From a virus (Duplodnaviria > Heunggongvirae > Uroviricota > Caudoviricetes): a DNA stretch of 64,000 bases. The notes below the pieces were generated by a model. The model was not told the origin of the DNA, made no database searches, and saw nothing but the letters and a program-made list of their open reading frames with translations. Each line of letters begins with the position of its first letter. Within the stretch, counting starts at the first letter, position 1. Positions 29,748 to 39,197 of this stretch are shown piece by piece. The position numbers and the translations under genes are program-made. The stretch is from positions 8,953-72,952 of IMG/VR virus record IMGVR_UViG_3300026097_000012, one strand, 5' to 3'.

Positions 29748-30626
29748 ATGAAATTATACACTTTCAAAAAAACATCATGGCATGTTAGATTCTTCAAGTG
29801 GTTATTTGATGTGAATCCAACTTATCGCTATAAAACAATGTGTCCTTATTTTTGGACATATGTATTAATAGCGCTATTTCTCCCACTTATTTTAGTTATT
29901 AAGTTATTTGGAAAAAGTGGCACTGTTTTTCTTAATTGGGTAAAGGATTACAAAAACAACAAAGAAAAAGCAGAAATTGCCCATCTTAAAAATTTATGTG
30001 AAAATCCAGATTTATCACCAGAAGAAGCTTTTAAAATACGCAAAAGTAAATGTTGGAAAAAGCACAATTGGGAAATTGATTTATCCATATCTAATAGAAT
30101 AAAAGGATTAGCATATCAACATAGAGAATACCTTTCTGATCTTAAATATAAGAGAGAGGAGGAACGCGATGCTAAAAGAGAAGAAATGGTAGCTAAATAT
30201 GAAGAAGTCAAGGAGTATAAATGGTTTCCATATGTAGCATATTTAATTACATTCGCATTATTCGGATTACTAGCATGGGCGATTATATATGGAGGATATA
30301 GAGGAGCAATGGCGATTGATTGGCCATGGTTAGGAAAATGGACTTTAAATATCCTAATAATAGGAGCAGTTATTGGATCTATTATATTAGTATTATATGG
30401 ATTTATTAAATATGTATGTATTCCATTTGTTCAATGGGTATCATGTATAAAGCTACCTAAATGTGGAATATGTGAAAATATGAAATCTTTCTTTTCTCTA
30501 TTCAAATATGTATGGCTGCCTATCCGATATGTATTACTGGGAATTGTTAAATTCTTTGCAATAATCGGGGACATGATTTATTCAACATACAAGAAAAAAT
30601 GTCCAATTATTACATGGGAGGATTAA
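29748..30626 (+). CDS. membrane protein with Cys-rich C-terminus
   Basis: Several TM helices; CIPFVQWVSCIKLPKCGIC. Confidence 0.5.
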   Translation: MKLYTFKKTSWHVRFFKWLFDVNPTYRYKTMCPYFWTYVLIALFLPLILVIKLFGKSGTVFLNWVKDYKNNKEKAEIAHLKNLCENPDLSPEEAFKIRKSKCWKKHNWEIDLSISNRIKGLAYQHREYLSDLKYKREEERDAKREEMVAKYEEVKEYKWFPYVAYLITFALFGLLAWAIIYGGYRGAMAIDWPWLGKWTLNILIIGAVIGSIILVLYGFIKYVCIPFVQWVSCIKLPKCGICENMKSFFSLFKYVWLPIRYVLLGIVKFFAIIGDMIYSTYKKKCPIITWED

Positions 30627-30666
30627 TAATTGATTTAATTTTAGTATAATCAATAAAAGCAACACA

Positions 30667-31173
30667 ATGAAGTTAACACAGAAAAGCGTAAGAGAAGCAA
30701 GATTGGTAGCAATCAAATGTCACGGAACACAAGACTATGATGGAGTATTTCCATATGAGAAGCACCTAGATGACGTTGTTGATGTCCTTAAAAGATTTAG
30801 TGTTGTACATCCAAAGTATCTATGTGCAGGTTATTTACATGATGCAATTGAAGATGGAGCTATATCTTATAACAAGATAAAGACTCATTTCGGAGAAGAA
30901 GTTGCAGAAATAGTATTCTGTGTAACTGATGAAATGGGAAGAAACAGAAAGGAAAAGAAGCGTAAGACACTTCCTAAGACTGCTTCTAACCCTGATGCAG
31001 TTATCATCAAACTTGCAGATCGAATTGCAAATATAGAACATGGTGGTAAAATCGATATGTATGCTAAAGAATATGAGGATTTCAAAAATCACTTATATCA
31101 AGCAGACAAAGTTGCTGCTCCATTATGGGATCACCTAGAATCATTATTAAAAATTGAAAAACAATTAGTATAA
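30667..31173 (+). CDS. small HD-domain alarmone ((p)ppGpp) hydrolase-like protein (RelA/SpoT hydrolase fold, Mesh1/SAH-like)
   Basis: HGTQDYDGVFPYEKHL...AGYLHDAIEDG...FGEEVAEIVFCVTDE matches the Rel/Spo HD hydrolase motif set. Confidence 0.7.
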   Translation: MKLTQKSVREARLVAIKCHGTQDYDGVFPYEKHLDDVVDVLKRFSVVHPKYLCAGYLHDAIEDGAISYNKIKTHFGEEVAEIVFCVTDEMGRNRKEKKRKTLPKTASNPDAVIIKLADRIANIEHGGKIDMYAKEYEDFKNHLYQADKVAAPLWDHLESLLKIEKQLV

Positions 31174-31241
31174 TAATATTAGCTAAAATGGAACGGCTAT
31201 TAAAAGAAAGTTCTTACATCCAATTTATTTAAATTAAAAAA

Positions 31242-32771
31242 ATGACACCATCAGTATTAACAATGATTTCGATTGGAGTTCCAGCATTAATTGCGGTGAT
31301 TCTAGTCCTTAAGATTCTATCATTACGTAGAATCGTACCAACAAATGTAGTACATATTGTACAGCGAGGTAGAACTACCGTATCATATGGAGTTGGAAAA
31401 ACCTCAAATGTTTATTATGAGTGGCCAAAGTGGCTACCTAGAATCGGAGTAGAAGTAAGGGAACTTCCAGTATCTAACTTTGACATTGATTTATTTGCAT
31501 ATTCAGCATATGATAAGGACAGAGTACCATTTATTGTAGATGTAAAAGCATTCTTCCACATTGCAGATACTAATATAGCTGCTGCTAAAGTTAGTTCATA
31601 TGCAGAATTGAAACAGCAACTTGAAAATGTAGTTCAAGGAGCAGTTCGATCAATATTAGCCAAATCCAAATTAGAAGAAATAATGGAAGAGCGTTCTGTA
31701 TTTGGAGAACAATTTACAGAAATGGTTAATGCCGATCTTATTAACTGGGGAGTTGAGTCTATTAAAAACATTGAACTTATGGATGTTAGAGATTCAGATG
31801 ATTCTAGAGTAATTCACCAGATAATGGCTAAACGTATGTCAGCAATTGACATGGAATCTAGAACTGAAGTAGCATCTAATAAGCGCCTTGCTGAAGAAGC
31901 AGAATTAGAGGCTCAAAAGAAGATTTCAGTTAAACAAGCTGATACTGAACGAGAGTCCGGAGAGGCAAGAGCAAAATCAAACCAAGCTATTGGTATTGCG
32001 AATGCAGAGGCAACTAAAATTGCAGGTATAGCAGACCAGCGAGCTTTATCTGAAGTTGCTGAAGCAGCAAAGGAGACAGCTGAAAAGGACATGGAAGTTA
32101 TAAAAGTTAAAACTGTACGCCAAGCAGAAATTAACAAAGAAGAGGAAATAATTAATGCTGAAAAAGAAAGAGCAACTGAAATTATTGACGCTGAAAAAGA
32201 TAAAAGAAAGGTTGAGGTAGCAACCGATGCGTCTAGATACCAAATAGAAACAAACTCAGATGCTGCTAAGTATCAAGTTGAAAGAGATGCAGATGCTGCT
32301 AGATATCGAGTTGAAACGACAGCAGAGGCAGAATTATCTCAAAAGAGAAAGAATGCAGAAGGTATTGAAGCAGAGGGTACCGCAGAAGCAAAAGTTATTG
32401 CAGCTAAAGGTACAGCAGAGGCTGAAGCACTTGAGAAAGAGCAATTAGCATCGGTAACTGCACAGACTACATTAGCACAAGAAATCGGAGATAACGAGGG
32501 TTACCAAGACTACTTGATTAGAGTTAAGACAGTAGATAAAGATGAGAGTGTTGAGATAGCTAAGGCTAAAGCAATGGCAGAGGCACTTGGAAAAGCAGAT
32601 CTTAAAATCTTAGCTAACTCCGGAGACGTTCAATCTGGGATGAATTCTTTCACTGATATCTTATCTTCTAAGGGAGGATCTCAGCTTAATGGATTAATTG
32701 AATCATTGAAGCAATCAGAAGAAGGCAAAGGATTACTTGATATGTTAAATAAATTCACAGCTGGAAAATAA
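31242..32771 (+). CDS. SPFH/band-7 (flotillin-like) protein
   Basis: N-terminal TM, SPFH core, then a long EA-repeat coiled coil typical of flotillins. Confidence 0.72.
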   Translation: MTPSVLTMISIGVPALIAVILVLKILSLRRIVPTNVVHIVQRGRTTVSYGVGKTSNVYYEWPKWLPRIGVEVRELPVSNFDIDLFAYSAYDKDRVPFIVDVKAFFHIADTNIAAAKVSSYAELKQQLENVVQGAVRSILAKSKLEEIMEERSVFGEQFTEMVNADLINWGVESIKNIELMDVRDSDDSRVIHQIMAKRMSAIDMESRTEVASNKRLAEEAELEAQKKISVKQADTERESGEARAKSNQAIGIANAEATKIAGIADQRALSEVAEAAKETAEKDMEVIKVKTVRQAEINKEEEIINAEKERATEIIDAEKDKRKVEVATDASRYQIETNSDAAKYQVERDADAARYRVETTAEAELSQKRKNAEGIEAEGTAEAKVIAAKGTAEAEALEKEQLASVTAQTTLAQEIGDNEGYQDYLIRVKTVDKDESVEIAKAKAMAEALGKADLKILANSGDVQSGMNSFTDILSSKGGSQLNGLIESLKQSEEGKGLLDMLNKFTAGK

Positions 32772-32795
32772 GCTTAGAATAAATTAGATAATAGA

Positions 32796-32832
32796 ATCCC
32801 CCGTCATATTTATGACGGGGGATTTTTTATGA
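32796..32832 (+). terminator. rho-independent terminator
   Basis: aatcccccgtcat attt atgacgggggatt + T-run. Confidence 0.9.
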
Positions 32833-32859
32833 ATTAAACTTTTTAAGTATAATATAAGC

Positions 32860-34293
32860 ATGACAAATATCAAATCTATACTCGACGAAATTGCAAATGA
32901 ATCAGGATCAAATGCAAAAATGGATATCCTTAAAAGTTATTCAGACAATGACCTATTAAAAAGAGTTCTTTATATGGCAAAAAGTCCAAGACTTAAATAT
33001 TATATTAAGCAACTTCCCGAATATACTCCACTACGCGGAACATCAATTACATTACTCGAATCATGTTTAGATCAGTTGATGGAGCAATTTGCAACACGAA
33101 TTGCAACAGGAAATGAAGCTAAGGCAAAACTAGGTATAATATTGAAGAGTTTGCATCCGAACGATGCATATGTCATCGAAAGAATTATTGAAAAAGACCT
33201 AAAGATTGGAATGGGAACTTCCAATATTAATAAAGTATTTCCTAAATTAATCGAAGAGACTCCTTATATGGGAGCAAAATCATTTAGTGAAAATCTTGCA
33301 AAGGAGATATTTAATCCTAAAACTAAAGGGTACAAGCTTAAATCTAAAATTGGATATAGTCAGATTAAGATGGATGGAAGATATTGTAATGCCATTATTG
33401 AAGATGGAGAAGCATACTTAGAATCTAGATCTGGAGAAACAACCCTACTCACTAACTCTAGACTTGAGCGTGAGTTATCTCAATTTGATGATTGTGTATT
33501 AAACGGAGAGCTAACTATCCCAGGATATGATAGAAATACTGCCAATGGGATTGTAAATTCTGTGATTGGTATTACAACAAAACTTCGTGATGTCGAAGAT
33601 GTAACTGATGAAAAAGATCATCTATTTGAAAGATACAATATTACTTACGAAGAATTTTTAGATAAAATTGTTTATACAGTATGGGATAGAATCGAATTAG
33701 AAGATTATGAAGCAAAGAAATCACAAATTGCATATAACGATCGACTTGGGCGCTTAATGAAAGAATTAGTTGCAAATCAAGATAATGATATACAATGTGT
33801 AGAATTAGTTGAGATGAAATTAGTTACGTCATATACAGAAGCTATGGAACACTTTGTGGATGCACTAAATAGAGGATTAGAAGGAACTATTCTTAAGTCT
33901 ATTGATGGCACTTGGAAGGACGGAAAGCCCAATTGGCAAATCAAGATGAAACTAGAAATAGACATCGATATGAGAATCATAGGATTTAATTATGGCACGG
34001 CTGGGACTAAAAATGAAAATGTAATATCCTCTTTAACAGTTGAGTCTTCTTGTGGAAAGGTAAGAACTAAACCAACTGGAATAAAGGAAAAAGATATGAA
34101 GTTTATAACTGAAAATCAAGATTTTTTAATGGATAAGATCATCGAAATGAAATGCTGTGGATTATCTCATGATAGAGATGGAAACTATTCTACTCTACAT
34201 CCTGTGTTTAAGTCCATTAGAGATGACAAGGACGAAGCAGATTCATTTGAAACAATCCAAGAAATTGAAAATATGGCAAAATCTTTGTCATAA
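32860..34293 (+). CDS. ATP-dependent DNA ligase
   Basis: Motif I KMDGRY (KxDG), length 477 aa, phage ligase-like layout. Confidence 0.8.
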   Translation: MTNIKSILDEIANESGSNAKMDILKSYSDNDLLKRVLYMAKSPRLKYYIKQLPEYTPLRGTSITLLESCLDQLMEQFATRIATGNEAKAKLGIILKSLHPNDAYVIERIIEKDLKIGMGTSNINKVFPKLIEETPYMGAKSFSENLAKEIFNPKTKGYKLKSKIGYSQIKMDGRYCNAIIEDGEAYLESRSGETTLLTNSRLERELSQFDDCVLNGELTIPGYDRNTANGIVNSVIGITTKLRDVEDVTDEKDHLFERYNITYEEFLDKIVYTVWDRIELEDYEAKKSQIAYNDRLGRLMKELVANQDNDIQCVELVEMKLVTSYTEAMEHFVDALNRGLEGTILKSIDGTWKDGKPNWQIKMKLEIDIDMRIIGFNYGTAGTKNENVISSLTVESSCGKVRTKPTGIKEKDMKFITENQDFLMDKIIEMKCCGLSHDRDGNYSTLHPVFKSIRDDKDEADSFETIQEIENMAKSLS

Positions 34294-34361
34294 TTGTAAA
34301 ACTTATTGTGTTTTTCAAGTAAAATATAATGAACATTAATTATTAATTAAAACAAAACACA

Positions 34362-34565
34362 ATGAAGTATTACATGGCTAGGATACAGTTCGAAACAATC
34401 AATGATCAGAACGGCCGTATTCAAAAAACAAAGGAAAATTATTTAGTTGAAGCTAATAGTGTATCAGATGTTGAGGAAAAACTAAATGAACAATTCAAAG
34501 AAGGAATGTCGGAGATGTCAGTTATTAAAGTTGACGAATCTAATATTATGGGAATTATTAAATAA
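34362..34565 (+). CDS. hypothetical protein (67 aa)
   Basis: ORF only. Confidence 0.4.
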   Translation: MKYYMARIQFETINDQNGRIQKTKENYLVEANSVSDVEEKLNEQFKEGMSEMSVIKVDESNIMGIIK

Positions 34566-34572
34566 TTGAACT

Positions 34573-34875
34573 ATGGGAATGATGCCAACTAAAGCAGCTG
34601 AAGATATCTACTCTATATTAACAAGATATGCTGAGGCAAGTCCTCGCTATATTAGTAGCGAATTATTCATCTACAATTTTGGATGTGTTCCAAGTGGATA
34701 TAATAAATTCAGATTGAATTGTATGGACGGAAAACACAGAACCTTTATTAAAGACGGAGATGACTTTCGATTAGAGGGTCCAGGAAGTTCAAAGGTAAAC
34801 TCAATAATTAAAAAAATTCTATTAGATGCTAATACTCCAAAGGAAGTAGAAAGTCTTAAATTAAATGAAGTTTAA
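34573..34875 (+). CDS. hypothetical protein (100 aa)
   Basis: ORF only. Confidence 0.45.
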   Translation: MGMMPTKAAEDIYSILTRYAEASPRYISSELFIYNFGCVPSGYNKFRLNCMDGKHRTFIKDGDDFRLEGPGSSKVNSIIKKILLDANTPKEVESLKLNEV

Positions 34876-35284
34876 GGTTCCAATAGAAAAAGGAGATGAT
34901 TTTCCAATGATATTTTTCGAGTTTTTTGCAGGACAATTGCAACAACTCTTAATAGAATATCAAAAATGGCCAAACAAAGTTACATTCTTAGGTCGAATGG
35001 GAAAAGAGTTATTCGATATAATACACGAAAAAGAATGGGATTTCGATAAATTTAACTTATCCCATACTTCGACTGGAGTCGAAAAGATATTAATAGGATA
35101 TGATAAACCATTAGATGAGATTGAAGAAACTGGGTATTTAAAGGGAGATTCACTACATGGTCAAACTATGAAAGGAATTCCTGGGAGTGATACAATTAGT
35201 AAAATTAAAGATCATTCATTAAATACAAGTTTTAGAATAGAACGTAAAGTTAGGCCTATTATTGAAATTAAATTAATACGATAA
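34865..35284 (+). CDS. hypothetical protein (139 aa)
   Basis: ORF only; terminator-like hairpin at 35287..35312. Confidence 0.45.
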   Translation: MKFKVPIEKGDDFPMIFFEFFAGQLQQLLIEYQKWPNKVTFLGRMGKELFDIIHEKEWDFDKFNLSHTSTGVEKILIGYDKPLDEIEETGYLKGDSLHGQTMKGIPGSDTISKIKDHSLNTSFRIERKVRPIIEIKLIR

Positions 35285-35351
35285 AAAGTCTCTCTATATG
35301 AGGGACTTTTTATTTATATACATTTTGAATAAAAAGAAGAGTTTTTGTCTG

Positions 35352-35365
35352 ATAAATAATAAAAA
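35352..35365 (+). promoter_or_regulatory. phage promoter-like motif ATAAATAATAAAAA abutting the annotated ATG
   Basis: Exact 14-mer. Confidence 0.4.
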
Positions 35366-36579
35366 TGCCAACAAAAAACTTCAACAACATGAATTTAAAT
35401 AATTATGTAAAAGGATTCAATAGCTTTAATGAGCAGGTAGCTATCAACGAAATGGCTAGTTCATTAACTAAATTAGGAGTTCCTAAAAATTTAATGCAGT
35501 TTATTCACAAGCTGAGCGGAAAAATCCACACGATGAGTCAGAGTGGAGATACACAAGTAGATCCTAGAACTGGGAGAGAAACATCAAAGTTTCACACTCG
35601 TAAACAACCATATAAAGCAAAGGGAGGACCTTGGCCAAAACGTGAAGATGTGCCACTATCTCATGATGTTGAAGTTAGAGGAACTAAAACTGGTAAAAAT
35701 AACATTTATCACTATCTAACTGAGCTGTTAGATTCAAGAAAAGATGTAGGACTAAGACTTATTTTAGTTAATCCAAATGACGATCAAATACACTATATTA
35801 CCCGTAAAACTGGTAAAATGAGCAAGGCTCAATTAGCAGCAGCTGGTATATATGATGAACCAAATAGATCAGCGACAGATCAAGCAAGAGAATTGGGAAC
35901 CTCAAATAAGCGTGGATTATATATGAGAGTTGTTACTCTTGATGGAGATTCAGGAGAACCTATTTCTGCATGGGAAGGTACAATTGGTCAAATGGCAGAT
36001 GATATGGATAACGATTCTGTATTATACATAATGGAAGAAGAAGATAGAGTAAGAACTAAGAGAAAAACTAGAACTGAACGTAAAGAAGTTACTGAAGACC
36101 AATTTATAGAATACTTCTTAAATAATTTCAAAGACATAGCAGCTAAATTTGTAAATGCAACAACTGATAAAAAATCAGAAGAATATAGAGAGTTAATGTC
36201 AACAGTAACCCCTGCTGAATTTAAGGAAATGTCAACAATGCGCTATAGTAATACTGATACGCCAGCTGGCCAAAAAAAATCTAAATTGGAACAGCTTGCT
36301 GTAGAAATAGAAAGTGGAGCAATGGACGAAGCTGCCATTAAGCCAGAATTAGATACCTTTTTAAAGAAGGCGATGGAAGAAGGAGAATATTCTCCAATGG
36401 ACGATTCTTATTCAGGAAGACAAAAAGCTAGTCTATCACATATGGTAGAGGTTCATACAATGCCAGTAGTTGCTTCAATGTTCTTACAGCATGTAGCACT
36501 AGGAAAAGTTTACAAGAAATTCTACACAGACGATCCTTTCAAGGAACTAGGAATTGATGATTTACTTTTTGATATGTAA
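35365..36579 (+). CDS. hypothetical protein (404 aa)
   Basis: The promoter motif 35352..35365 abuts the ATG; the start may instead be the downstream ATG at 35389. Confidence 0.55.
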   Translation: MPTKNFNNMNLNNYVKGFNSFNEQVAINEMASSLTKLGVPKNLMQFIHKLSGKIHTMSQSGDTQVDPRTGRETSKFHTRKQPYKAKGGPWPKREDVPLSHDVEVRGTKTGKNNIYHYLTELLDSRKDVGLRLILVNPNDDQIHYITRKTGKMSKAQLAAAGIYDEPNRSATDQARELGTSNKRGLYMRVVTLDGDSGEPISAWEGTIGQMADDMDNDSVLYIMEEEDRVRTKRKTRTERKEVTEDQFIEYFLNNFKDIAAKFVNATTDKKSEEYRELMSTVTPAEFKEMSTMRYSNTDTPAGQKKSKLEQLAVEIESGAMDEAAIKPELDTFLKKAMEEGEYSPMDDSYSGRQKASLSHMVEVHTMPVVASMFLQHVALGKVYKKFYTDDPFKELGIDDLLFDM

Positions 36580-36592
36580 ACACTAAATTATT

Positions 36593-36630
36593 ATACAAAA
36601 AAAAGAGAGACATTGTCTCTCTTTTTTTTT
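36593..36630. terminator. bidirectional terminator
   Basis: A-run, then agagagac att gtctctct, then T-run. Confidence 0.85.
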
Positions 36631-36644
36631 GAGTTAATTATAAA

Positions 36645-36962
36645 TTAAGCTTTATCACTCTTAGTCTTTTGATCCGCTTTATCTTTTACTCCCTTTATAG
36701 CAGTATATGCAGTAATAAATTTACCGCCAAATACATAACCTCCAAATAAAGTCATTGCATACTCTAATGCCTCAAGTATAATTTTGAATTTATTTATCTC
36801 AATTTCCCACTTAGGATATATTCCAGCAAATGTCAGAATTCCCAATGTTAAGTAATATGCTATAATTGACCATAATAAATACACTCGGCCTTGTGAGTAT
36901 TTACCCCTTTCCTGTAAGATATCCTTAAATAGCTTAAAGTAGTTCTTTTTATTCTCTTCCAT
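36645..36962 (-). CDS. small two-TM protein with charged C-terminus (holin-like candidate)
   Basis: Two hydrophobic helices and a K/D-rich tail; minus-strand promoter motif at 36975..36988. Confidence 0.45.
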   Translation of the reverse strand: MEENKKNYFKLFKDILQERGKYSQGRVYLLWSIIAYYLTLGILTFAGIYPKWEIEINKFKIILEALEYAMTLFGGYVFGGKFITAYTAIKGVKDKADQKTKSDKA

Positions 36963-36974
36963 TTCTCATTAGAT

Positions 36975-36988
36975 TTTTTATTATTTAT
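36975..36988 (-). promoter_or_regulatory. phage promoter-like motif (minus strand)
   Basis: Reverse complement of the 14-mer, 12 nt upstream of the 36962 minus-strand start. Confidence 0.45.
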
Positions 36989-37083
36989 CATTATAAAGAT
37001 CACTCAGATTCCATCTGAGACACTGTATATTTTAATAGATATATTTATTGTAGTATATTAGATATGTAATCAAAACATTCCCC

Positions 37084-37686
37084 ATGAAGCTAATAACAAT
37101 CATTTTACTATTTATTTCAACTCTAGGATTATCTCAGACTATCGATAGTGATTCAATAAAGTCAGATATAATTGAATCATTCTTTAATCATCTTGATTCA
37201 ATTGGAGTTGAACGTCCAGTATATATTCCATGTATATCAGAAGCCGCTACTAATCAGGTTATATACATGGATCGTAACAAATTCACAGGCCATCGCCAAA
37301 CATTAGATGGAATTGGTGATACTATTATTCCGACAACATTTAATAGAGTATATGAATTCTGTGACGTTTCTTATGATGGAGACGGAGAAATTTGTCAACT
37401 TTCAGTATATGCTGATACTTTAGACTTAATAGAGAATATTGGATCAGCTGTTTTAAATCAATTCTTAGATTCTCCAAAGCATAAGAAATGTCTAGAAACA
37501 TACCATGATTTTTATGGATTAGATATTATTATCAAAAAAGTAGAGGATCAAATTACAGTTAGACTATGTATCGTATACGGAAGAAACCTAGAGCTATATA
37601 ACCCTAGGTTTCCTAAAACTTTCTCGATCAATGTTGAAGCAGAAGCTAAATATAGAGAGTTGAGATCTAATACAGTGATTAGATAA
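37084..37686 (+). CDS. secreted protein (N-terminal signal peptide)
   Basis: MKLITIILLFISTLGLSQT. Confidence 0.5.
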   Translation: MKLITIILLFISTLGLSQTIDSDSIKSDIIESFFNHLDSIGVERPVYIPCISEAATNQVIYMDRNKFTGHRQTLDGIGDTIIPTTFNRVYEFCDVSYDGDGEICQLSVYADTLDLIENIGSAVLNQFLDSPKHKKCLETYHDFYGLDIIIKKVEDQITVRLCIVYGRNLELYNPRFPKTFSINVEAEAKYRELRSNTVIR

Positions 37687-39141
37687 TTATAATCGATTAC
37701 CTCTTCTTTTTCCTTGGAATGAGAATTGGTTTCTGTTTCCTCCTTTTCCTCTTGAACCTCCTTTGTAAAATTTTCCTCCTTTTTTAAGAATAATTGCTTT
37801 AGGTCCTCCTATTCCTAAGAATCCACGCTTTTTAGGAGATGGTGCATTTAAGTTTTTAAGTGCTATTCCAAAGCTCCCTATATCAAAGTTAAGAGATGTA
37901 AGTTTATCTTCAGTTACTGGAGCGTCTCCTTTTATTACGGTTTTTTCTACTCCGAATCCTCCAACAACTACTTTAAAATATTGTCCTTTGTCTTCAGGTG
38001 CAGCATCTTTCGCATCATTCTTTCCTCCGGTATTAGTTACTCTCCATTCTATTGTAACCTTAGCGTCACTTGTAGTTATTCCACGCTCAATTGCAAGCTC
38101 TTTAACTTTATCTGCAATTGTTGATCCTCTTAAATATGCTAGTTTTTTATTCTTAGATTCTCCTTTGTTTAAGTCATCAATTGATTTACCTGGAAATGGT
38201 TCTGATTTAAAATCAGTCTCAGTATCTACTGCAGTTCCATCTTTTTCATGTGTATATGGAACACCTGTTCCCCAGAAGTTACTTGCGGATGATACTACTT
38301 TAATTTTCTTAAATTGCTTTTCTCCAGCATCCTTTAGCTTAGCTTCAATTGAGTCAACTAATTTGGTAACGATGTCGTCGTTTTGCAACTCGTATTTTCC
38401 AACTGCGAATCCATTTGATCCAGTTGCTTTAGCGGTTAACGGCTTAGTTACAACTTTATCTGGTGAACCTGGATCAGTTACTTCCTCTTTAGTATTTTCC
38501 CTAACGTCAAGTAGTGCATATTGTTTAATATGATTTGAGTTATCACTAGTCGATGATGTCCTAATCATTATTGCATATCCTAGTCTATATCCTTTAGGTC
38601 TAGATTCATCTGGAATACGAACATTTGCATCTCTCGTTATGGATTTAGGTGTAGACTCAAATCCAACTGAAGCATTGTATGCATTTACTTCGTTGATTAT
38701 ATCATCCATATTCTTCCATCCTGAAAATGTTTTTCCATCTGTTGTAATTGCAACTTCATAATTATCATTAACTGCAATTACATTTAAATCATGTTTAGTA
38801 GGAGCTCCTCCTGGATATTTAGATATTATGAATCTATATTGTTCGTGTAATTTATCCCAGTTTTTAAATACTTTATTAGAATAGTTCTTTATTGATTCAA
38901 CCATTGCGGTTACTTGATCCATACTTAAGCTATTATATACTTGCATAGCTATGTTTGTATTCTTTACTTTTCCTCCGTTTAGATCTTCTAATAAATCGGA
39001 GAATATTGCCTCTTCAATAGTAGGAGATCCCCCAGTTGCGTTTTGTTCTAAAATTTTCCAATCTTCAAATGAGTTCGCGTTATACTTATTGCTTTCATCT
39101 ATTGATGAACTCCATTTCTTAAAGTTTAAAACTTTGCCCAT
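37687..39141 (-). CDS. hypothetical protein (484 aa) with Gly/Arg/Lys-rich C-terminal tail
   Basis: Minus-strand ORF; promoter motif variant on the minus strand at 39157..39170. Confidence 0.55.
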   Translation of the reverse strand: MGKVLNFKKWSSSIDESNKYNANSFEDWKILEQNATGGSPTIEEAIFSDLLEDLNGGKVKNTNIAMQVYNSLSMDQVTAMVESIKNYSNKVFKNWDKLHEQYRFIISKYPGGAPTKHDLNVIAVNDNYEVAITTDGKTFSGWKNMDDIINEVNAYNASVGFESTPKSITRDANVRIPDESRPKGYRLGYAIMIRTSSTSDNSNHIKQYALLDVRENTKEEVTDPGSPDKVVTKPLTAKATGSNGFAVGKYELQNDDIVTKLVDSIEAKLKDAGEKQFKKIKVVSSASNFWGTGVPYTHEKDGTAVDTETDFKSEPFPGKSIDDLNKGESKNKKLAYLRGSTIADKVKELAIERGITTSDAKVTIEWRVTNTGGKNDAKDAAPEDKGQYFKVVVGGFGVEKTVIKGDAPVTEDKLTSLNFDIGSFGIALKNLNAPSPKKRGFLGIGGPKAIILKKGGKFYKGGSRGKGGNRNQFSFQGKRRGNRL

Positions 39142-39197
39142 AATATATAGTGTTTCTTTTTGTTATTTATCGATTGAAATAAGTAAAATTACTACAT

